Source: the human T2T-CHM13v2.0 reference genome, Homo sapiens
DNA length: 64,000 bases
Assembly (NCBI RefSeq): GCF_009914755.1
Contig: NC_060931.1
Direction: 5' to 3' (one strand)
The notes beneath the pieces were generated by a model. The model was not told the DNA's origin. It ran no database searches and worked only from the letters and a program-made list of their open reading frames with translations. The position numbers were made by a program, and so were the translations under genes. The stretch's first letter is position 1. Every line of letters begins with the position of its first letter. Below, piece after piece: positions 41,092 through 54,900 of the stretch.

Positions 41092-44000
41092 CCATTCAAT
41101 GATTCCATTTGATTCCTTTTGATGATTATTCCATACGTGTCCATTCGGTGATTCCTTTTGATTCCAACTGAAGATGATTCCATTCGATTCCATTCGAGGA
41201 TACCATTTGATACCATTCGTTCATGATACCATTTGAGTGTATTCCATGATACCATTCGATCCAATTCAATGATGAATCCATTCGATTTCACTCAATAATT
41301 CCATTCAATTCCATTCTATGATGATTGCTTTAGAGTCCATTTGATAATTCCATTTGACTCCATTTGATGATGATTCAAATCAAAGATTCCATTCGATTCT
41401 ATTCGATGTTGATTCCATTAGATATCGTTCGACGCTGATTCCATTTAATTCTATTCGATTGTTCCATTTGATTCCATTCGATGATTCCATTCGAGTACAT
41501 TTCAGGATGATTCCATTGGATTCCATTTGGTGATTCCATTGAATTCTGTTCAATGATGATTCCATGCGACTCCATTTGATGATTACTGCATTCCATTGCA
41601 TTTGATGATTACATTTGTTTCCATTTGATGATGTTTGCGATCGATTATGTTCGATGATTACTTTTGATTCCATTCTGTGATTACATTTGATTCCATTCGA
41701 TAATGATTCCATTTTAGTCCATTTGATGATTCCATTCGAGCCCATTCGATAATTCCATTTGAGTCCAGTCCGTGATTGCATTCAAGTCCGTTCGATCATT
41801 CCATTTGAGTCCATTCAATGATGATTCCATTCGAGTCCATTCGATAATTCTTTTTGAGTCCATTTGATGATGATTCCATTCGAGTCCATTGTATGATTCC
41901 ATATGATTTCATTTGATGATGATTCCATTTGAGTCCATTCGATGCATCCATTTGATTCCATTGGATTATGATTCCATTTGAGTCCATTCGATGATTCTAT
42001 TCAAATCCATTTGATGATTGCTCTTGATTATATTCGATGATGATTCCACTCAAGTCCATTCGATGATTCCAATCCATTCCATTTGATGATGATTCCATTC
42101 CAGTCCGTTTGATGATTCCATTTGTTTCCATTCTCCGGTGATTACATTCGAGTCCATTAGATGATTCCACTCGATTCCATACGATGATGATTCCGTTCAA
42201 TTCCATTCGATGATTCCATTCTATTCCATTCATTGATGATTCCATTTGAGTACATTAGATGATTCCATTCGATTCCATTCGATGATGATTCTATTCTTGC
42301 CCATTAGATGATTCCACATGATTCCATTTGATGATGATTCCATTCGCTTCCATTCGATGATTCCATTTGATTCCATGCAATGATGACTCCATTCCATTCC
42401 ATTCATTGGTGATTCCATTCAATTCCATTCATTGATTCCATTCCATTCCATTTGACAATGGTTCCATTTGATTCCATTATATCGTTACACTCGATTCCAG
42501 TTGATGATGACTCCATTCAATTCCATTCCATGATTCCATTTGATGCTATTCGATGATAATTCCATTCAATTCCATTCGATGATGATTGCATTGAATTTCA
42601 TTCGAAGATTCCATTTAATTCCGTTTGATGATGATTCTGTTCAATTCCATTTGATGATTCCATTTGATTACATTCGAGAATTACACTCTATTCCATTCGA
42701 TGATCATTCCATTCGAGTCCATTCAATGATTCCATTCCAGTCCATTTGATGATTCCTTTCGATTGCCTTCCATGATGTTTCCTTTCGATTCCATTCGATT
42801 TTTCCATTCGATTCCATTTGATGATTCCATTTGAGTCCATTTGATTATTCCATTCGAGTCCATTCAATGATCCGATTCGATACCATTCAATGATAATTCC
42901 ATTGGAGTCCATTCGATGATGATTCCATTCGATTCCATTGGATTATTCCATTCGATTTCATTTGATGATTTCCTTTGATTCCTTTCAATGATGATTCCGT
43001 TTGATTCCATTTGATGAGGACTGCATTTGGTTCCTTTTGATGATGATTCCAATGTATTCCTTTCGATTTCTCTATTCGATTCCATTCATTGATGATTCCA
43101 TTCAGTTCCATTGGATATTGATTCTGTTAGGTTCCGTTCGATGATGATTCCATTTGATTCCATTCGTTGAGGATTACTTTTGATTCCATTCAGTGATGAT
43201 TCCATTCGATTCCATTCGAAGATTCCACTCAATTCCATTCAATGATGATTCCATTCATATCCATTCGATGACTTCATTCGATTTCATTCGATGATGATTC
43301 CATTTGAGTTCTTTGAATGATTCCATTCAACTCCATTTGATGATTCCTTTCAATTCCATTCAATGATGATTCCATTCGAGTCCATTCGATGATGATTCCA
43401 TGCAATTCCATTCGATGATGACTCCTTTCGGTTCCATTTGATGACAATTCGATTTGGTTCCATTTGATGTGGATTCCATTTGAGTTCTTTGAATGATTCC
43501 ATTCAAGTCCATTTGATGATTCCTTTCAATTCCATTCAATGATGATTCCATTCGAGTCCATTTGTTGATGATTCCATGTTATTCCTTTCATTGATGACTC
43601 CTTTTGCTTCCATTCGATGATCATTCGTTTGGATTGCATTCGATGATGTTTCCATTCGACTCCATTTGATGTTGATTCTTTTCGATTCCATTCGTTGATG
43701 ATTCCATTAGATAACATTCAATGATGATTCAATTCGATTCTATACGATGGTGATTCCATTCGAGTCCATTCGATGATTCCATTCGAGTCTTTTCAATGAT
43801 TCCATTCGATGATTCCATTCAATTCCTTTCGATTATTATTCCTTTTGTGTCCATTTGGTGACTCCTTTCGATCCCAATTGAAGATGATTCCAATCGATTA
43901 CATTCGATGATACCATTCGATGCCATTCGTTGGTGATTTCATTCAAGTGCATTCGATGATACCATTCGATTCTATTCAATTCCATTCGATGATTCCATTC

Positions 44001-47000
44001 CATTCCATTCTATGATGATTCCATTCGAGTCCATTTGATGATTTCATTGGACTCCATTTGATGATGATTCCATTCCAATATTCCATTCGATTCTATTTGT
44101 TGATGATTCTATTCAATTCCATTCGATGATTCCATTTGATTCCATTCGATGATGATTCCGATCGATTCCATTCTATATTTACATGCGATTCCATTCGATG
44201 ATTCCATTTGATTCCATTCAATGATTCCATTTGATTCAATTCAATAATGGTTCCATTCGAGTTATTTGATGATTCCATTTGATTCCATTTGATGATGATT
44301 CCGATCAATTCCATTCGCTGATTCTATTTGATTTCGTTCGATGATTCCATTTGATTCCATTTGATAATGATTCCATTCGTGTCCATTCGATGTTTCCATT
44401 CGAGCCCATTTGATAATTCCATTTGAGTCCAATCGATGATTCCATTCGAGTGCATTTGATTATTCCATTTGAGTCCATTTGATTATGAATCCATTTGGGT
44501 CCATTCGATGATTCCATTCGAGTGTATTCGATAATTCCATTTGAGTCCATTCGATGATTGCTTTTGATTCAATTCGATTATATTCAATTTGAGTCAATTG
44601 ATTGATGCCATTCGATTCTATTAGATGATGATTCCATTCGTGTCCATTCGGTGATTCCATTCGATTTCATTTGAAGATGATTGTTTTCGAGTCCATTAGA
44701 TGATTCCATTTGATTCCATTTGATGATGATTCCATTCGAGTCCATTCAGGGATTCCATTTGATTCTATTTGATGATGATTCCATTCGATTCCATTTGATG
44801 ATGATTCTATTCGTGCCCATTAGGTGATTTCACACGATTCCATTGTATGATGATTCCATTCGATTCCATTCGATGATGAGTCCATTCAATTCCATTCATT
44901 GTTGATTCCATTCAATTCCATTCATTGATCCCATTCCTTTCCATTCGACAATGATTCCATTCGATTCCATTTGATGATTCCACTCAATTCCACTTGACGA
45001 TGATTCCTTTCGATTCCATTCGATGACTCCATTTGATTCCTTTCTATGATGACTGCCTTAAATTCCATTCGATGATTCCATTCGATTCCATTCAATGATG
45101 ATTCTGATCAATTCCATTTCATAATTCCATTTGATTCTCTTCAAGGATTCCATTCGATTTCATTCAAAGATGATTCCATTCGAATCCATTTGATATTTTC
45201 ATTCGAGTCAATTCAATGATTCACTTTGAGTCCATTTTATTCCATTCGATGATGAATCCATTCGATTCCAAACTATGATTATTCCATTCAATTACACTCG
45301 ATGGTGATTTCATTAGATTTCATTCGATGATTCTATTTGATTGCATTTGATGATGATACAATTTGATTCCATTGGATGATTCCATTTGATTCCATTCGAT
45401 GATGGTTCCATTCGGTTCCATTCAATGATGATTCCATTCGATTGCATTCGATGAAGAATTCAATCGAGTCTATTCATAGATTCCATTAGATTCCATTCGA
45501 TGATTCCGTTTGATTCCATTCAATGATGATTGCATTCGATTCCATTCTATGGTTCCATTCGTTTCCATTTGATGATGATTCCATTCGTGCCCATTCAATG
45601 ATTCCATTCTATTTCATTCAATGATGACTCCATTCATGTCCATTCAATGATTCCATTCAAGTCCATTTGATGATTCCTTTAAATTCCATTCCATGAAGAT
45701 TCCATTGGAGTCCATTCAATGATTCCATTCGATTCCACTCAATGATGATTCCACTCGAGTCCATTCGATGATTCCATTTGATTTCGTTCGATGATGATTC
45801 CATTCAACTCCATTCGATGATTCCACACTATTCTATTTGATGATGATTCCATTCGAGTACATTCGATGACTCCATTCAAGTCAATTGGATGATGAGTCCA
45901 TTCCATTTCATTTGATGATTTTATTCGATGATGATTCAATTCTATTACATTGGATGATTCCATTTGTTTCCATTCGATGATCATTCCATTCGATTCCATT
46001 CGATGATGATTCCATTTGATTCCATTCAATTATGTTTCCATTCGATTTCTTTCGATGATTCTATTCAATTCCTTTCGATGATGATTCAATTATATTCCAT
46101 TTGATGATTCCTTTTTATTCCATTCGATGATGATTCCATTAGATTCCAAACTATTATTATTCCATTCAATTACACTCGATGATTATTTCATTCGATTTCA
46201 TTCGATGATTCTATTTGATTCCATTTGATGATGATACAATTCTATTCCATTGTATGATTCCATTCGATTCCATTCGATGATAATTCCATTCGATTCCATT
46301 TGATGATGATTCCATTTGATTGCATTCATTGAAGATTTCAATCGAGACCATTCATAGTTTCCACTCGATACCATTTGATAGTGATTCCATTCTAGTCCAT
46401 TCGATGATTGCATTCCATTCCATTCGATGATGATTCCATTTGATGCCATTCGATGATTCCATTCCATCCCATTCGATGATGATTCCATTCAATTCCATTC
46501 GATGATTCCATTAGATTCCATTTGACAATGATTCCATTCGAATCCATTTGATGATTCCATTCTATTCCATTCTATGAAGAATCCATTCAAGTCCACTCGA
46601 AGATTCCATATTATAATGATTCCACTCGAGTCCATTCGTTGATTCCTTTCGAGTCCATTCGCTTATTCCCTTAGATTCCCTTCATTGATGATGCTATTCG
46701 ATGCCATTCGATGATTCCATTTAACTCCATTCGATGATGTGCCATTCGAGTCCATTCGATGATTCCACTTGAGTCCATTCAATGACACATTTTGATTCAA
46801 TTCGATGATGATTGCATTCGAGTCCATTTGACGATGACTACTTTCGAGTCCATTCGATGATTCCAATTGTTTCCATTTGATGATGATTCCATGGGATTCC
46901 ATTCCATGAATCCATTCGATTCCACTTGTTGATGATTCCATTTGATACCATTCGCTGATGATTCCATTCGATTCTCTTAATTGATGATTCCAGTAGATTC

Positions 47001-50000
47001 CATTCGATGATGATTTCATTCGACTCTATTCCATGGTGATTCCATTCAATTTCATTCAATGGTTCCGTTCGATTCCTTTTGACGATGATTCCATTCGATT
47101 CCATTCAATGATTCCATTCTATGCCATTCGATGATGATTGCATTTGATTCCATTCAATGATGATCCATTCAATTCAATTCCATCATGGTTCCATTTGATT
47201 CAATTCGATGATGTTTCCATTCGATTCCATTCGATGATGATTCCATTAGATTGTATTTGACGATGATTCCATTCGAATCCTTTCATTGATGATTCCATTT
47301 GAGTCCGTTCGTTGATGATTACTTTGAATTTCATAGGATGCTTCTAATTGATTCCATTCGATGATGATTCCATCTCATTCCATTCGATGACTCCATTCGA
47401 TTCCATTCAGTGATGATTCCATTCGATTCCATCGGATGATGATTTCATTTGATTCCATTCGATGATGATTCCTTTAGAGTCCATTTGATGATTCTATTCA
47501 TGTCCAATCGATGATTCCACTTGATTCCATTCGATGATGATTCCATTAGAGTCAATTTGATGATTCCTTTCCATTTCATTTGACGCTGATTCCACTAGAG
47601 TCCATTTGATAATTCCATTCAATTACAATTGATGATGACTCCATTCGAGTCTATTTGATGAATCCATTCGATTCCATTTGATGATGGCTCCATTAGAGTC
47701 AGTTAGATGATTCCATATGATTCCATTCAATGATCATTCCATTTGAGTGCATTCAATGATTTCCTTTGATTCCATTCAATGATGATTCCATTCGAGTCCA
47801 TTCAGTGATTTCATTTGTTTCCATTCGATGATGATTCCATTTGAGTACATTCGATGATTAAATGTGATTCCATTCGATGAAGATTCCATTCGTGTCCAGT
47901 CAGTGATTCCATGTGATTCAATTCGATGGTGATTCCATTTGAGCCATTTGATGATTCTATTTGAATCCATTTAATGATTGTTTTCGATTATATTCTATGA
48001 TGATTTCATTCGAGTCCATTCAATAATTCCATTCGATTCCATTCAATGATGATTCCATTCGGGTGCATTAGGTGATTCCATTCGATTACACTCGATGATG
48101 ATTCCATTCTAGTCCATTCGATGATTCCATTTGATTCCATTCCCTGATGATTACTTTCGAGTCCATTCGATGACTCCACTCGATTCCATATGATGATGAC
48201 TCCATTCGATACCATTCGATGATTCAGTTCTATTCCAAGAGATGATGATTCCATTCGAGAACATTAGATGATTCCATTCAATTCCATTCAATGATGATGC
48301 TATTCGCGTCCTTTAGATGATTCCTTTCAATTACAATCGATGATGATTCCATTCTATTCAATCCAATCATGATTCCATTCCTGTCCATTAGATGATTCCA
48401 TTTGAATCCATTTGATGTTTATTCCATTTTTTTTTCCATTCACTGATGATTCCACTCGGTCTATTAGATGATTCAATTTGATTCCATTCGATGATGATTC
48501 CATTATATTCCTTTGATGTTGATTCCATTCGAGTCCATTAGATGATTCCATTCGATTCCATTCTCTGTTGACTACTTTCGAGTCCATTCGATATTTCCAC
48601 ACGATTCCATACGATGATGACTCCATTTGATTCCATTCGATGATTCCATTCTATTCCATTAGATGATGATTCCATTCGAGTACATTAGATGATTCCATTC
48701 GATTCCATTCAATGTTGATGCTATTTGTGTCCATTAGATGATTCCATTCGATTCCATTCGATTATGATTCCATTGTATTCAATCCAATGGTGATTCCATT
48801 TGGGTCCGTTAGATGATTCCATTCGATTCCATTCGATTATGAGTCCATTTTATTCCATTCAGTGATGATTCCATTTTGGTCCCTTTGATGATTCCATTCG
48901 ATTCAATTTGATGATGACTCCAATCAATTCCTTTAGATGATTCCATAGGAATCCATTCGGTCATGAGTCCATTTGTTTAAATTACATGATGATTCCATTC
49001 TATTCAATTCGATGGTGTTTCCATTCGATTCCATTCAATGTTGATTCCTTTTTATTCCATTGGATGAGGATTCCATTCAATGTTGATTCCTTTTTATTCC
49101 ATTGGATGATGATTCCATTGGAGTCCATTTGATGATGATTCAATTTGAGTCTGTTCAATGATGATTTCATTAGATTTCATTTGATGACTCTATTTTATTC
49201 CGTTCGATTATGATACCATCTGATTCCATTCAATCATTCCATTCGATGATCATTCCATTCGTTTCCACCCGACGATGATTCCATTCGATTCCATTCGATT
49301 CCATTCGATGATTATTCCATTCAAGTCCATTCAGTGAATCCATTCTTTACCATTCAATGATGATTACATTCGAGACCATTTGATGAAACCATTCGAGTCC
49401 ATTTGATGATTCCATTCGAGCCCATTGAATGATTCCATTTGAGTCCATTTGATGAAGCTTCCATTCGATAATTCCATTTCATTCCATTAGGTGATGATTT
49501 CATTCAAGTCCATTCGATGATTCCATTCGATTCCATTCGATGATGATTCCATTCGAGTCCACTGATTATTCCATTCCATTCCATTCGAGGATTCCATTCG
49601 AGTCCATTCAACGATTCTATTTGATTCCATTCGATAATTCCTTTCAATTCCATTTGATGTTGACTCCATTCGTGTCCATTCGATGATTATTCCATTTGAT
49701 TCTATTGGATGATTCCATTCGATTCCATTTGATGACGATTCCACTCGAGATCATTCGCTGATTCCATTCAATTCATTAGATGATGATTCCATTCAATTCC
49801 ATTTGATGATTCCATTAGATTCCATTTGATGATGATTCCATTCAATTCCATTCGATGATGATTCCATGTGATTCCATTCGATGATGACTCCTTTCGGTTC
49901 CATTTGGTGATGATTCCACTCAGTTCCATTCGATGATGACTCCTTTGGATTCCCTTCGAATATGATTCCATTAAATTCCATTGGATGTTGATACTTTTCT

Positions 50001-53000
50001 ATTCCATTTGATGATTATTCCATTCAATTCCATTCGATGATGATTCCATTTGATTCCATTCGATTATTCCACTCGATTCCATTCAACAATGATTCCATTC
50101 GAATTCATTGATTATTCCATTCCATTCCATTCCATTCGATGATTCCATTCGAGTCCATTCGATGATACTATTCGATTCCATTCGATAATTCCTTTTGATT
50201 CCATTTGATGATGTTTCCATTCAGGTCCATTCAATTATTATTCCATTCGATTCTATTCGGAGAATCCTTTTGATTCTATTTGATAATTATTCCATTCGAG
50301 ACAATTCGATGATTCCATTCAATTCATTTGTTGGTGATTCCATTCAATTCCATTCGATGATTCCATTTGATTCCATTTGATGATGTTTCCATGTGATTCC
50401 ATTCGATGATGACTCCTTTTATTTCCATTCAATGATGATTCCACTTGGTTCCATTCGATGCTGATTCCTTTGTATTCCATTCGATGATGATTCCATTTGG
50501 CTCCATTTGGTGATGATTCTTTTCAATTCCGTTCGATGATGATTCCATTTGATTCCATTCGATGATGATTCCATTCAATTCATTTCAATGATTCCATTCG
50601 ATTCCATACGATGATTATTCCCTTCTAGTCCACTCGATGTTTCCATTCAATTCCATTTGATGATTATTCCATTCGATTCAATTCAATGATTCCATTTGAT
50701 TCCTTTCAATTATTCCATTCGAGTCCATTCAGTGATTTCTTTCGATGCCAATTGAAGATGATTCCATTTGATTCCATTCGATGATACCATTCGAAACCAT
50801 TTGTTGTGGATTCACTTCGAGTGTATCCGATGATACCATTTGATTCTATTTGATGATGATTCCATTCGAGTCCATTTGATTATTCCATTTGATTCCAATC
50901 TCTGATGATTACATTCGAGTCCAATAGATGATTCCATTCGAATCCAAATGATGATGTTTCTTTCTATTCCATTCGATGATTCCATTCTATTCCATTCAGT
51001 GATAATTCCATTCGAATACATTAGATGATTCAATTTGATTCCATTCGATGTTGATTCTATTCATGCTCATTAGATAATTTCACATGATTCCAGTCGATGA
51101 TGAATCCATTCAAGTCCATTCAATGATTACATTCTTTTCCATTTGATGATGATTGCATTCCATTCCATTCATTGGTGATTCCATTGAATTCCATTATTTG
51201 ATTCCATTACATTCTATTTGACAATGATTCCAATCGATTCCTTTCTATGATTCCACTCGATTCCACTTGATGATGATTCCATTTGATTCCCTTCCATGAT
51301 ACCAACTGATTCCATTCGATGATGATTGCCTTAGATTCCATTTGAAGATTCCATGCGATTCCATTCAATGATGATGCTATTCGATTTCATTTGATGTTTC
51401 CATTTGAATCTATTCGAGGATTCCATTCAATTCCATAAAATGATGATTCCATTTGAGTCCATTCGATCATTTCATTCAAGTCAGTTCAATGATTCCATTT
51501 GAGTCCATTTGATGATTCCATTCGACTCCATTCGATGATGATTCTCCTGGATTCCATTTGATGATTCCATTTGATTCCATTCGATAATTCCATTCAACTC
51601 CATTCAATGATTATTCCATTTGATTTCATTCAATGGTTCCATTCGATTGCATTCGATGATGATTCCCTTTGATTCCATTTGACGATGTTTCCATTCGATT
51701 CCATTCGATGTTTAGCCTTTCGATTCAATTCCATGATGATGTCATTTGATTCAATTCGATGATGTTTCCATTCGATTCCATTCTGTGAAGATTCCATTCG
51801 ATTCAATTTGACGATGATTCCATTCGTGTCCATGCGATGATGAGTCCTTTTAAGTCTGTTCATTGATGATTCCATTCGATTTCATTCAATGCTTGTATTC
51901 GATTCCAATCGATGATGATTCCAACGGATTCCATTCTATTTCTCCATTTGATTCCATTCGTTTATCATTCCATTCGTTTCCATTAGATGATGATTCCATT
52001 AGATTCCATTAGATGATGATTCCATTCGATTCCATTCAATTATGATTCCATTCGATTCCATTCAATGATGGTTCCATTCGATTCCATTTGATAATTCCAT
52101 TCGTTTCCATTCGATGGTGATTCCATTCGGGTGTATTTGATGATTCCATTTGATTCCATTTGATGATGATTCCATTCGAGTACATTCAATGATTCCATTC
52201 AAGTACATTCGATGATTCCTTTCGATTCCATTCGATGATGATTCCATTTGAGTGCATTCAATGATTCCATTCGATTCCACTCAAAGATCATTCCATTCGA
52301 GTCCATTCAATGATTCCATTTGATTCCATGCGATGATGATTCCATCAAGTCCTTTTGATGATACCATTTGATTGCATTCGATGACTGCATTCAGTTCCAT
52401 TCAATGATGATTCCAATGGAGTCCATTCGATAACTCCATTCTACTACATTCATTGATGATTCCATTTCATTCCATTTGATGATGGTTCCATTCAATTCCA
52501 TTTGATGATGATTCCATTCGATTCCATTCAATGATGATTCCATTCGATTCCATTCCACGACGATTCCTTTTGATTCCATTGGATGATTCAATTCGTGTCC
52601 ATTCAATGATGATTCCATTCGTGTCCATTAGATGATTCCATTCTTGTCCATTTGATGATTCCATTTGAGTCCCTTCTTTGATTCCAACCTATTCCATTTG
52701 ATGATGATTCCATTCGCATCTAATCGATTATTCCATTCGATTCCTTTTGATGATTCCATTCGAGTCCATTCGATTATTCCATTCGAGTCTATTCGATGAT
52801 TCCATTCGATTTTATTCGATGGTTATTCCATTCTATTTCATTCCATGATTCCGTTTGATTCCATTCGATAATTCCCCTCGATTTTTTTTTATGATGATTC
52901 CATTCTATTCCATTTGATGTTTCCATTCTATTCTATTCAATGATGATTCCGTTTGATTCCATTTGATGAAGATTCCATTAGATTCCATTTGATGATGTGT

Positions 53001-54584
53001 GTGTTCGGTTCAATTCGATGATGATTCCAAAGGATTCCATTAGATTTCTCCATTTGATTGAATTCGTTGATGATTCCATTCGTTTCCATTAGATGATAAT
53101 TCCATTTGATTCCATTCGATGATGATTCCTTTCAATTCTATTCAATGATGATTCCATTTGACTCCATTCAATGATGATTCCATTCGATTTCATTAGATGA
53201 TTATATTCGATGCCATTTGATGATGATTCCATTCTTGTCCATTCGATTATTCTATTTGATTCCATTCAATGATGATTCCATTTGATTCCTTTTGATGATG
53301 ATTCAATTCTATTCCATTAGATGATTGCATTCAATTCCATTCGATGATGATTCCATTCCATTCCATTCGATGATGATTCCATTTCATTGCATTCGATGAT
53401 GATATCAATCGAGTCCATTCGAAGATTCCATTTGATTCCATTCAACTATGATTCCATTCCAGTCCATTCGATAATTCCATTCCATTCCATTCGATGAGGA
53501 TTCCATGTGATTCCATTCAATGGTGATTCCTTTCGATTCCATTCAATGGTGATTCCATTCGAGTCCATTTGATGATTCCATTTGATTCCATTTGATGATA
53601 ATTCCATTCGAGTCCATTCGATGATTCCATTAGATTCTGTTCAATGATGATTCCATTCGAGTCTATTCGATGATTCCATTTTTTGAAGATTCCATTTGAT
53701 TCCATTCGGTGATGATTCCATTAGTTTCCTTTCGATGATCATTCCATTCAATTTCCTTAATGATTCTATTTGATTCCATTCATTTATGATTTCAATATAT
53801 TCCATTCAATGATTCCATTGGATTCCATTTGATGATGGTTCTATTCGATTCCATTCGAAGATGATTAATTTCAAGTGGATTCGATGATGACTTCAATCGA
53901 GTCCATTCAAAGATTCCATTCAATTCCACGCGATTATGACTCCTTTCATGTCCATTCGATGATTTCCTTTGATTCCACTCGATGATTTCTTTCAAGTCCA
54001 TTCGATGATTCCATTTGATTTCATTCGATGATGATTCCATTCAATTCCGTTCAATGATTCTATTTGATTCCATTCGATGATGATGCCATTCGACTCCGTT
54101 CGATGATTCCATTGGAGTCCATTTGATGATTCTATTTTATTCCATTCGATGATGATTCTTTAGAATTCCCTTCATTGATGATTCCATTCGATTCCATTCC
54201 ATGATGCTTCCATTCCATTGCATTCGATGATGATTCCATTCGATTCCATTCGATGATGATTCCATTGGATTTCATTTGATGATTATATTCGTTTCATTTT
54301 GAGGATTATTAAATTCTATTTCATTTGTTGATTCCATGTGACTCCATTCGATGATGATTCCATTTGATTCCATTCGATGATGATTCCATTAGATTCCATT
54401 CGATGATGATTCCATTTGATTGCATTTGATGATGACTCCGTTCGAGTCCATTCAAAGATTCCATTCGATTCCATGTGATGATGATTCCATTCGAGTGCAT
54501 TTGAGGTTTCTGTTCAACTCCATTCGATGATGATCCCATTCAATGCCATTCGATGATTCCATTTGATTACATTTGATGATGATT
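41092..54584 (+). repeat. Human satellite 2 (HSat2/HSATII), diverged
   Basis: The units are ATTCCATTCG ATTCCATTCG (ATG)1-2, i.e. 23/26-bp CATTCGATGATGATTC repeats, with the first ATG insertion at ~41099. Typical Sat2 motifs include GACTCCTTTTATTTCCATTCAATG (50411) and GACTCCTTTCGGTTCCATTTG (~43420, ~49886). + strand ORFs nearly vanish because of TGA stops. Confidence 0.92.
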
Positions 54585-54689
54585 TGAATTTTTAATTTAA
54601 AATAACTATATTTTTATACAAACTAGTTTTCAAATTTGCTACATGTATTTTTTACTCTCCTAACAATATATACATTTTTTAAAAATTTT

Positions 54690-54900
54690 TTGAAAGCAAA
54701 TGTGCTTTATAATGTATTAGTGATATTTCTATTAATGAATCTTTGTGGATCTGTTTGTACTCTTTTTCTGCTTTCCTTTCAAATGGTGGAATATCATTTC
54801 CTTGCATACTTAGATGCCTTTGAATGACAAATATTTATTTTTCTCTGAAAATTATTTTTGTGCACTTTTGCGGTTTAGTAAGTAGAAAATTTGCCAAAGA
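54690..54900 (-). mobile_element. Possible very old L1 (L1M/L1ME or HAL1) 5'-region fragment
   Basis: The stretch ATCTTTGTGGATCTGTTTGTACTCTTTTTCTGCTTTCC...ATCATTTCCTTGCATACTTAGATGCCTTTGAATG resembles the recalled antisense of old L1M 5'UTR/ORF1-start sequence. The match is highly diverged and the boundaries are uncertain. Confidence 0.35.

Noticed and set aside
74-41100. Hundreds of ORFs up to 451 aa (MEWNG on -, IPFHS on +)
   Set aside because: (ATTCC)n and (GGAAT)n contain no stop codon in any frame, and three pentamers give a 5-aa repeat. The ORFs overlap in all frames and have no domain content, so they are satellite artefacts.
41031-54539. Minus-strand ORFs (MESSSNGIEWNH...)
   Set aside because: These are translations of the HSat2 unit. 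The strand bias simply reflects TGA stops from ATGATG on the + strand.
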